Source: Acidimicrobiales bacterium
Lineage (GTDB): Bacteria; Actinomycetota; Acidimicrobiia; Acidimicrobiales; VFJN01
Assembly: GCA_050744525.1 (NCBI GenBank)
Contig: JBOGHG010000037.1
Span: 188 to 24,187 of the forward strand
Reading direction: 5' to 3'
Length of the DNA stretch: 24,000 nucleotides
Positions 8,979 through 16,392 of this stretch are shown here, in pieces (position 1 is the first letter of the stretch; each line of letters opens with the position of its first letter). The notes under the pieces are model-generated. The model ran no database searches, was not told where the DNA came from, and saw only the letters and a list, made by a program, of their open reading frames with translations. Made by a program: the position numbers and the translations under genes.

Positions 8979-10462
8979 CCCGAGGACGACCCGTCCGCCG
9001 CCATCGGGTCGGCATCGCCCTCGTCGCCGCCGCGCTGTTGGCGGCGTGCAGCGACCCCCCGACGACAGGTTCGGGCGAGGCGGTCGAGACGGGTGGGGGC
9101 GAGGACGGAGCCGGGCTGCCCGAGTGCCCGCTCGACGCCCTCGAGAGCGCCACGGCGTCGGGCCCGGTCGAGGTCGACCTCTGGTACGGCGGCCTCGCCG
9201 GGTCGGCCAAGGCGACGATGGACGAGATCGCCTCCCGCTTCAACGCAAGCCAGGACCAGGTGCGGCTGACCGCCAACGACCAGGGCGCAGCGTACGAGGA
9301 GGTCTTCCGCAAGTACGAGAGCGCCTCGTCGTCGTCCCCCGACCAGCTCCCCGACCTCATCTACCTGGAGGACACCCAGCTCCAGGTCATGATCGACGGC
9401 GGCCAGGTGCTGCCCGCCCAGGCGTGCATGGAGGCGTCCGGCTACGACCTCACCGCCATCGAGCCGGTGGCCCGGTCGAAGTACACGGTCGGCGACGTGC
9501 TCTACCCCGGCTACATGAACGTCTCGACGCCGGTCCTCTACTACAACAAGGCCCACTGGGTGAAGGCCGGCCTCGACCCCGACGACCCGCCCGACACGCT
9601 CGACGAGCTCCGCAGGCAGGCGCAAGCGCTCGAGGACGCAGGCGTCTCCGAGAAGCCGCTGTCGTTCCGGGCCAGCCGCTGGTTCTTCGAGATCTGGCTC
9701 TCCGGTATCGGCGAGGACATCGTCAACAACGGCAACGGCCGCGAGGCGCCGGCCACCGAGGCCACGTTCGCCACGCCGGCCGCCGAGGAGCTGGTGGGCT
9801 GGCTCCAACAGATGAACGACGATGGGCTGCTCAACGCCTTCGCCAACGTTGAAGGTGACGTCAATCACTACCTGGCGCTGGCGACCCAGCAGTCTTCGAT
9901 GCTCATCGAGACCTCGACGGCGTCGACCACCATCGCCGACTTCCTGGGTGGCGGCCTCAGCGCCGCCGAGGCCGGCATCGACTTCGACGAGTCGGTGCTC
10001 GACAAGACCCAGCTCGTTCCGGGGGCCGGGGCCATGCCCGGCATCGAATCGGCAGGCAAGGTGTTCCCGACAGGCGGGGCCTTCTACATCCTCAACACCT
10101 CGGAGCCGGCCCGGCAGGCGGCGTCGTGGAGGTTCCTGGAGTTCATGCTCCGGCCCGAGAACGCCAAGATCTGGCACTTCAGCGGCGGGTACCTGCCCAT
10201 CGTCAAGGCGGTGGCCGACGACCCCGAGGTGCAGGCGTTCTGGCAGGACGACCTCGCCGGCTCCCTGCTGCGCACGGCCGTCGAACAGCTCGCCGACGCC
10301 GACCCCGACCGGCCGGGGCCGCTGATCGGCCCGTACGTCGACGAGGCAAACGCCATCGAGGACGCGCTCGATGCCGTGCTGTTCGACGGCCAGGATGTGT
10401 CCGAGTCGCTGGCGCAGGCCCAGGACGAGGTGACGCAGTCGCTGGAGCGCTACGCAGGCTGA
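8975..10462 (+). CDS. Extracellular solute-binding lipoprotein (family 1 / CUT1), paralog 1
   Basis: 495 aa. Lipoprotein signal MTRGRPVRRHRVGIALVAAALLAAC|SD, then LWYGG...YYNKAHWVKAGLDP...TLDEL, typical of sugar-type SBPs. The ATG overlaps the permease-2 stop (ATGA). The longer track ORF from 7937 overlaps the permease in another frame. Confidence 0.9.
   Translation: MTRGRPVRRHRVGIALVAAALLAACSDPPTTGSGEAVETGGGEDGAGLPECPLDALESATASGPVEVDLWYGGLAGSAKATMDEIASRFNASQDQVRLTANDQGAAYEEVFRKYESASSSSPDQLPDLIYLEDTQLQVMIDGGQVLPAQACMEASGYDLTAIEPVARSKYTVGDVLYPGYMNVSTPVLYYNKAHWVKAGLDPDDPPDTLDELRRQAQALEDAGVSEKPLSFRASRWFFEIWLSGIGEDIVNNGNGREAPATEATFATPAAEELVGWLQQMNDDGLLNAFANVEGDVNHYLALATQQSSMLIETSTASTTIADFLGGGLSAAEAGIDFDESVLDKTQLVPGAGAMPGIESAGKVFPTGGAFYILNTSEPARQAASWRFLEFMLRPENAKIWHFSGGYLPIVKAVADDPEVQAFWQDDLAGSLLRTAVEQLADADPDRPGPLIGPYVDEANAIEDALDAVLFDGQDVSESLAQAQDEVTQSLERYAG
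9406..9467 (+). repeat. 62-nt tract identical to 10888-10949 (within paralog 1)
   Basis: GGTGCTGCCCGCCCAGGCGTGCATGGAGGCGTCCGGCTACGACCTCACCGCCATCGAGCCGG, checked base by base against the second copy. Confidence 0.95.
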
Positions 10463-10474
10463 CCCCCGAGGAGG

Positions 10475-11947
10475 ATGATGGCGCGGCAACGGATGGCAGT
10501 GGTGCTGGTGGCGGCGGGCCTGGTGGCGGCCGCCTGCAGCGACCCGCCGACCTCGGGTGGCGAGGCCGCCGACGTGGCAACCGGCGAGGGCGGCGAAGCG
10601 GCCCTGCCCGACTGCCCGCTCGACGCCCTGGACGAGGCCGCGGGGCCGGTGGAGATCACGCTGTGGTACGGCGGCATCGGCGGCCCCGTCAAGCAGACCA
10701 TGGAGGACATGGTGGCCGGCTTCAACGCCGGCCAGGACCAGGTGCGGCTCGTAGCCAGCGACCAGGGCGGATCGTTCGCCGAGGTCTACCGCAAGTTCCA
10801 GAGCACGGCGGCCGCCGACGTCGACCAGTTGCCCGACGTCGTCATGCTCGAGACGACCGAGCTGCAGTCGGTGGCGGACGGCGAGCTGGTGCTGCCCGCC
10901 CAGGCGTGCATGGAGGCGTCCGGCTACGACCTCACCGCCATCGAGCCGGCGGTCCGCGCGTCCCATTCGGTCGGCGGCGTGCTCTACCCCGGCTACGTCA
11001 ACGTGACGTCGCAGGTCCTCTACTACAACAAGGCCCACTGGGTGAAGACCGGCCTCGACCCCGAGGCCCCACCCCAGACCCTCGACGAGGTCTACGAGCA
11101 GGCCCGGGCGCTGAAGCAAGCCGGCGTCTCCGACAAGCCGTTCGCGTTCAAGGTGAGCCACAGCGTGTTCGAGAACTGGCTGAGCGGCCAGGGCATCGAC
11201 GTGGTGGACAACGGCAACGGCCACGACGGCGCCGCCAGCGCCGCCACCTTCGACGCGCCCGAGGCCGCGGAGATCCTCGAGCTGCTGCAGCGGATGGACG
11301 ACGAGGGGCTGATCAACGTGTTCGCCAACACCGAGGGCAGCGTCGACCACTACCTGGCACTGGCGACCCAGGACTCGTCGATGCTCATCGAGACGTCGAC
11401 GGCGTCGAAGACCATCGCCGACGCCCTGGCCGGCGACCTGACCGCCGCCGAGGCCGGCGTCGACTTCGACGAGTCGATCGTCGACCGCACCGACCTGGTG
11501 CCGGCCACGGGCGCCTTCCCCGGCATCGAGGGGCCGGGCCAGGTCCACCCGGGTGGTGGCGCGTTCCTCATCGTCGACGAGTCGGAGCCGGAGCAGCAGG
11601 CGGCGTCGTGGCGCTTCCTGGAGTACATGCTCCAGCCCGAGAACGCCAAGAGCTGGCACCTCAACGGCGGCTACCTGCCGATCGTGAAATCCGTGCAGGA
11701 CGAGCCCGACGTCCAGGCGTTCTGGGCCGACACCGTGGCCGGCGTGCTGCTCAAGACCGCGGTCGACCAGCTCGCCGATGCCGATCCCGACGAGCCCGGT
11801 CCGCTGATCGGCCCCTATCCCGACTTCGTCGACGAGCTGCAGGGCGCCATCGAGGCGGTGCTCCTCAACGACGCCGACATCGCGTCGTCGCTGGCCTCGG
11901 CCCAGGACGAGGTCACCGAGTCGCTCGAACGCTACGCCGGCGGGTGA
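10475..11947 (+). CDS. Extracellular solute-binding lipoprotein (family 1 / CUT1), paralog 2
   Basis: 490 aa. Lipobox LVAAAC|SD, colinear with paralog 1 along its whole length (roughly 60 percent identity by eye). GAGGAGG lies immediately upstream of the tandem ATG ATG at 10475/10478. Confidence 0.9.
   Translation: MMARQRMAVVLVAAGLVAAACSDPPTSGGEAADVATGEGGEAALPDCPLDALDEAAGPVEITLWYGGIGGPVKQTMEDMVAGFNAGQDQVRLVASDQGGSFAEVYRKFQSTAAADVDQLPDVVMLETTELQSVADGELVLPAQACMEASGYDLTAIEPAVRASHSVGGVLYPGYVNVTSQVLYYNKAHWVKTGLDPEAPPQTLDEVYEQARALKQAGVSDKPFAFKVSHSVFENWLSGQGIDVVDNGNGHDGAASAATFDAPEAAEILELLQRMDDEGLINVFANTEGSVDHYLALATQDSSMLIETSTASKTIADALAGDLTAAEAGVDFDESIVDRTDLVPATGAFPGIEGPGQVHPGGGAFLIVDESEPEQQAASWRFLEYMLQPENAKSWHLNGGYLPIVKSVQDEPDVQAFWADTVAGVLLKTAVDQLADADPDEPGPLIGPYPDFVDELQGAIEAVLLNDADIASSLASAQDEVTESLERYAGG
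10888..10949 (+). repeat. 62-nt tract identical to 9406-9467 (within paralog 2)
   Basis: Same 62-mer as at 9406-9467. A second exact 34-mer is shared at 9532-9565 and 11014-11047. Confidence 0.95.
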
Positions 11948-11979
11948 CGTCACGGCGCTAGCTAGCCTGATCGGCACCT

Positions 11980-12780
11980 ATGGCCGGGAATTCGTTGCGT
12001 GACCGGTTCTTCACCCCCCGGGTGGCCCGGGCGATCACCTCCCCGGTCGGCATCCTGCTGGGCGGCGCCGTGGCTGCGGGCACCATCGTCGCCGGCGTGC
12101 CGCTGCTGGTCGCCCTGCCGCTGGGAGTGGCGGCCTGGGCCGCCAAGGTGGCGTTGTCGATCCCTCGCCGTCGGCGGGGGGAGCGCATCGATCCGTTCAC
12201 GCTGCACGAACCCTGGCGCCGCTACGTGCAGGACGCCCTCCAGGCCCGCAACCGCTTCGACGAGGCCGTGGGCCGGACCCGTTCCGGCCCCCTGCGTGAC
12301 CACCTGGCGGAGATCGCCGCCCGCATGCATACCGGCGTCGAGGAGTGTTGGCTCATCGCCAAGCGGGGCCAGACGCTGGTCGAGGCGCGCCGCGGCATCG
12401 ACCTGGCCGACGTCGATCGGCAGCTTGCCGAGGTCGCGGACGCCCGTGCCGGGGCCCCCGGCGCCGATGCCGCCTCCCCGCCCGACCCGTCGTTGGCCCG
12501 GATCGCCCAGTCGCTCGACGCCCAGCGGGCGACCGCCGAGCGCCTGGACCGGGTCATCGGCCAGGCGCAAAGCGAGCTGCGGATGCTCGACGCCCGTTTC
12601 GACGAGGCCGTGGCCCGCACCCTGGAGCTGTCGGCCCACGCCACCGCCGACGCCACGGTCGAGGGTCTGGGGACCGACGTCGATGCCCTGGTAACCGAGA
12701 TGGAGTCGCTGCGCCAGGCCCTGGAGGAGACGAGCCGCACGGCGCAGAACGGGCTCGCCGCCGGCGGCGCCACCGAGTGA
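11980..12780 (+). CDS. Hypothetical membrane-anchored coiled-coil protein (two N-terminal TM helices + long helical cytoplasmic region)
   Basis: 266 aa. Two hydrophobic helices (ITSPVGILLGGAVAAGTIVAG and VPLLVALPLGVAAWAAKVAL) are followed by RRRRGERIDPF and then about 190 residues rich in A/E/R/L/D with helix-like periodicity. The competing frame (12345-) is Arg/Pro/Gly junk in the overlap. I do not recognise a family. Confidence 0.7.
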   Translation: MAGNSLRDRFFTPRVARAITSPVGILLGGAVAAGTIVAGVPLLVALPLGVAAWAAKVALSIPRRRRGERIDPFTLHEPWRRYVQDALQARNRFDEAVGRTRSGPLRDHLAEIAARMHTGVEECWLIAKRGQTLVEARRGIDLADVDRQLAEVADARAGAPGADAASPPDPSLARIAQSLDAQRATAERLDRVIGQAQSELRMLDARFDEAVARTLELSAHATADATVEGLGTDVDALVTEMESLRQALEETSRTAQNGLAAGGATE

Positions 12781-14933
12781 CGGGGCCCCGCGACCGTCGC
12801 CCGGCCGACGAGGGCGTCGCCGGGCGCCGCCGGACGGAAGACGGCACCGGTGCCCCAGCCGAGGGGCCCGCCGAGCCTCGGGAGCGTCGGGGCTCGCCCC
12901 GACGCCTGCCGCCCGACCCCGAACGGGACTACGGCGAGGCCAACCGGCGCCACGCCCGCCAGTTCGAGTCGGGCCGGGCAAGGCGTCCGGAGCCCGCACA
13001 GCAGCCGGCCCCCGTCCCCGGCTGGTACGAGCCCGAGGCCGCCACCATCGAGCTTCCCGTCGTCGACGACGTCTTCGGCCTGACCACCGAGTCGCCGGGC
13101 GTGGCCAACCAGCCAGTCGCGCCGTGGCTCACGGGAGAGCGGGCCCGGGTGGACGTCGGGCCCGAGCCCGCGGCGACGGCGGCCGAGGTCGCGCCGGAGG
13201 CGCCCGAGGCGCCGGGCGCCAGCGCCACGCCGCCGCCGGTCGAGGCGGGGCCCGGGGCCGCGCGGGAGGCACGGCCCAGCACCCAGCGGTCGTCGATGCT
13301 GGTGGCGGCCGGCATCTTCCTGTCCCGCTGCTCCGGGCTCATCCGCGAGTCGGTGATCGCCAACTACCTCGGCACCGGGCCGGCCGGCGACGCCTTCCGC
13401 GCCGCGCTGCGGATCCCCAACCTGTTGCAGAACCTGCTCGGTGAGGGCGTGCTGTCGGCATCGTTCATCCCGGTCTACGCGCGGCTCCGCGGGGAGGGCC
13501 GGGAGGGGGAGGCCGGACGCGTCGCCGGCGCCGTGGCCGGCCTGCTCGTCGCACTGACGGGGGTGCTCAGCGTCGCGGGCGTGCTGCTGGCCGAGCCGCT
13601 CACGCGCCTGCTGGTCCCCGGCTTCAACGACGCCTACCGCTTCGACCTCACCGTCGAGTTGGTCCGGATCATCTTCCCCGGCATCGGCTTCCTGGTCCTG
13701 TCGGCCTGGTGCCTGGGGGTCCTCAACAGCCACCGCCGGTTCTTCCTGTCCTACGTGGCGCCGGTGCTGTGGAACGCCGCCCAGATCGCCGCCCTGGTGG
13801 CCGTGGGCTTGACCACCACCAACACCCGCAGCCTGGCCTACGCCGTGTCGTGGGGCGTGCTGATCGGCGGGGTCCTGCAGTTCGGCGTCCAGATCGGGCC
13901 GGTGCGCCGCCTGCTCGGCGGCGTCCACCTCAGCCTCGACACCGCCAACGCGTCCGTGCGCAGCGTGCTGGCCCGCTTCGGGCCGGTCGTCATGGGGCGG
14001 GGTGTCGTCCAGATCATGGGGTACGTCGACCTGCTGCTGGCCAGCTACCTGGCGACCGGCGCGGTGGCCTCGCTCCAGTACGCCCTGGTCCTCTACCTCC
14101 TTCCCATCGGCCTGTTCGGCATGAGCGTGGCCGCCGCCGAGCTGCCGGAGCTGTCGGAGGTCGAGGTGCACGACCCCGAGACGCGCCGCCGGTTCCGGCT
14201 GCGGCTGGAGGAGGGCATGGCCCGCATCGCCTGGTACGTGGCGCCGACGGCGACGCTGTTCATCGTGGCCGGCGACGTGATCGTGCGGGCGGTGTTCCAG
14301 CGCGGCAACTTCACCTCCGCCGACACCATCGTGGTATGGCTCACCCTGGCGGTGTTCTCCATGAGCTTGCTGGCCTCGACGTCGTCGCGGCTGCTGCAGA
14401 ACGGCCTCTACGCACTCGACGACGCCCGCACGCCCGCCCGGGTGGCGGCCATGAGCGTGATCCTGGCCGCGATCATCGGGCTGGCCTTCATGTTCCCGCT
14501 CGACCGGCTGGTGGTCGGGCCCGACGGCATCGAGGGCTGGGGCGACATGCTCACCTTCGGCCCGCTGCCCGAGGCGGCGCGCGACAACGCCGCCGACGTC
14601 GCCCATCTGGGGATCGTCGGCCTCGCCGTCGGCGCCGCCGTGTCCCGTTGGGTCGAGTACCGGCTCCTGAGCCGCGCCCTGGCGTGGCGGATCGGCCGCA
14701 CGCGCCTGGCCGGGCGCTGGCTCAACCCCATCGCCGCCGGCTGCGCCGCGGCCGCGGTCGTCGCGGTGGTGGCGGAGGCCCTGTTCGGCGGGTTGCCGTC
14801 CCTCGTGACGCTCGCATTGGTGTTGGGGCCTGCCGGGCTCGTCTACGTGGCGATCACCCGCCGCCTGGGCGTGCCGGAGGCCGCCATCATGGTGCGCAGG
14901 CTGGCCGGCCTGGCCGGTCGCGCCGGCCGCTGA
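12777..14933 (+). CDS. murJ: Lipid II flippase MurJ (MviN family) with ~173-residue low-complexity N-terminal extension
   Basis: The core from ATG 13296 (MLVAAGIFLSRCSGLIRESVIANYLGTGPAGDAFRAALRIPNLLQNLLGEGVLSASFIPVY...) is canonical MurJ with about 14 TM segments. The same frame is open with G/C-rich third positions back to GTG 12777, which overlaps the upstream stop (GTGA). The start is uncertain between 12777 and 13296. Confidence 0.85.
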   Translation: MTGPRDRRPADEGVAGRRRTEDGTGAPAEGPAEPRERRGSPRRLPPDPERDYGEANRRHARQFESGRARRPEPAQQPAPVPGWYEPEAATIELPVVDDVFGLTTESPGVANQPVAPWLTGERARVDVGPEPAATAAEVAPEAPEAPGASATPPPVEAGPGAAREARPSTQRSSMLVAAGIFLSRCSGLIRESVIANYLGTGPAGDAFRAALRIPNLLQNLLGEGVLSASFIPVYARLRGEGREGEAGRVAGAVAGLLVALTGVLSVAGVLLAEPLTRLLVPGFNDAYRFDLTVELVRIIFPGIGFLVLSAWCLGVLNSHRRFFLSYVAPVLWNAAQIAALVAVGLTTTNTRSLAYAVSWGVLIGGVLQFGVQIGPVRRLLGGVHLSLDTANASVRSVLARFGPVVMGRGVVQIMGYVDLLLASYLATGAVASLQYALVLYLLPIGLFGMSVAAAELPELSEVEVHDPETRRRFRLRLEEGMARIAWYVAPTATLFIVAGDVIVRAVFQRGNFTSADTIVVWLTLAVFSMSLLASTSSRLLQNGLYALDDARTPARVAAMSVILAAIIGLAFMFPLDRLVVGPDGIEGWGDMLTFGPLPEAARDNAADVAHLGIVGLAVGAAVSRWVEYRLLSRALAWRIGRTRLAGRWLNPIAAGCAAAAVVAVVAEALFGGLPSLVTLALVLGPAGLVYVAITRRLGVPEAAIMVRRLAGLAGRAGR

Positions 14934-14968
14934 TCCGGTACCGAGCCCGATGCTCGTCGCCAGGGGCC

Positions 14969-14974
14969 TAACCT
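14969..14974 (+). promoter_or_regulatory. Candidate -10 hexamer (TAACCT) for a leaderless pspA transcript
   Basis: TAACCT (14969-14974), GCTGGTC (7 nt), ATG (14982). There is no SD in the 48-nt murJ-pspA spacer. Confidence 0.25.
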
Positions 14975-14981
14975 GCTGGTC

Positions 14982-15755
14982 ATGCTCAAACTGTTCCGGC
15001 GTTGGTGGCGCTACCTGACGGCCCGGCTGACGTCCTCGTTCGAAGAGAAGGCCGACCCGAAGGTCCAGCTCGAGCAGGCCATCGCCGAGGCCCAGGACCA
15101 GCACCGGCGCCTCAAGGAGCAGGCGGCCAACGTCATCGCGCACCAGAAACAGACCGAGATCAGGCTCAACCGCACCATGGGCGAGCTCGAGAAGGTCAAC
15201 GGCAACGCCCGCCAGGCCGTCCTCATGGCGGACGAGGCGAGCCAGGGAGGCGAAACCGAGAAGGCCTTGCAGTACACGGCAACCGCCGAGAGCTTCGCCA
15301 ACCGGCTCATCACGCTCGAGCGCGAGGTCGAGGACCTCAAGCAGCTTCACCTGCAGTCGACCGACGCCGCCAACCAGGCCAAGGCGGCGGTCCAGCAGAA
15401 CTCGTCCGCCCTGCAGCAGAAGCTGGGCGAGCGCCAGAAGCTGCTGTCGCAGCTCGACCAGGCCAAGATGCAGGAGCAGATGAACACGGCCATGGCGTCG
15501 CTGTCGGAGACGGTGGGCCAGGACGTGCCGACGCTCGACGAGGTGCGCGACAAGATCGAATCCCGCTACGCCCGGGCCAAGGGGATGTCCGAGCTCACCG
15601 AGTCGTCGGTGGAGTCGCGCATGCTCGAGGTGGAGCAGGCGTCGATGAACAGCGAAGCCCAGGCCCGGCTGTCGCAGATCCGGGCCGAGCTCGGGCTGGG
15701 AGCGGGCGACAAGGCCACCGGTACCGGGACTTCCGGGGCCGACGGCAGCGGCTGA
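14982..15755 (+). CDS. pspA: PspA/IM30 family phage-shock/membrane-stress protein
   Basis: 257 aa. N-terminal amphipathic MLKLFRRWWRYLTARL followed by ADPKVQLEQAIAEAQDQHRRLKEQAANVIAHQKQTE and long coiled-coil heptads, the hallmark PspA/IM30 layout. Confidence 0.92.
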   Translation: MLKLFRRWWRYLTARLTSSFEEKADPKVQLEQAIAEAQDQHRRLKEQAANVIAHQKQTEIRLNRTMGELEKVNGNARQAVLMADEASQGGETEKALQYTATAESFANRLITLEREVEDLKQLHLQSTDAANQAKAAVQQNSSALQQKLGERQKLLSQLDQAKMQEQMNTAMASLSETVGQDVPTLDEVRDKIESRYARAKGMSELTESSVESRMLEVEQASMNSEAQARLSQIRAELGLGAGDKATGTGTSGADGSG

Positions 15756-15858
15756 GACCGAGGGCCACGGGCACGTCGGGGTCGGGCCCCACCCGGGGCC
15801 GTGGCCCGACGATCCCCGCCTCGACCCCGAGCTCCTGGCGGGGGGCGATCGGCGCAAC

Positions 15859-16374
15859 GTGGCGGACCGCTACCGCTACTGGCGGGTGGACGCCATCGTC
15901 GCCGACCTCGACCTGCGCCGGTACCCGTTCCACGTGGCGGTCGAGAACTGGCGCCACGACCTGAACATCGGCACGGTCGTGCGCAACGCCAACGCCTTCC
16001 TGGCGTCGGCCGTCCACATCGTCGGGCGACGCCGCTGGAACCGGCGGGGAGCCATGGTGACCGAGCGCTACCAGCACGTCGTCCACCACGCGACCGTCGA
16101 CGACCTGCGGGCGTGGTCCGACGGCGCCGACCCCGGCGGCCTGCCCATCGTCGGCATCGACAACCTCCCGGGATCGCTGCCGCTCGAGACCGTGGAGCTG
16201 CCGCGGCGCTGCGTCCTGCTGTTCGGCCAGGAGGGCCCGGGCCTGTCCGGCGCCGCCCGCGCCGCCTGCGCGCAGGTGTGCTCCATCACCATGTTCGGCT
16301 CGACCCGCTCGATCAACGCCGGCGTGGCCTCGGGCATCGCTATGCACGCCTGGATCCGTCAACACGCGCTGTAG
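15859..16374 (+). CDS. SpoU/TrmH-family (SPOUT) RNA 2'-O-methyltransferase-like protein
   Basis: SPOUT motifs NIGTVVRNANAF, LLFGQEGPGLS and MFGSTRSINAGVASGIAMHAW. GTG 15859 is the first canonical start, but the in-frame sequence upstream still looks coding (see findings). Confidence 0.85.
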   Translation: MADRYRYWRVDAIVADLDLRRYPFHVAVENWRHDLNIGTVVRNANAFLASAVHIVGRRRWNRRGAMVTERYQHVVHHATVDDLRAWSDGADPGGLPIVGIDNLPGSLPLETVELPRRCVLLFGQEGPGLSGAARAACAQVCSITMFGSTRSINAGVASGIAMHAWIRQHAL

Positions 16375-16392
16375 TGCGGCCGACCTCGGCGG

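Noticed and set aside
8813-11977. 1054-aa ORF antisense to both binding-protein genes. Similar giants occur at 12222-15857 (1211 aa), 6269-7870, 5505-6851 and 16415-18349.
   Set aside because: All lie opposite or out of frame to genes with clear family signatures. Their translations are Arg/Gly/Pro/His-rich low-complexity strings. Long stop-free alternative frames are expected at this GC content, so I treat them as artefacts.
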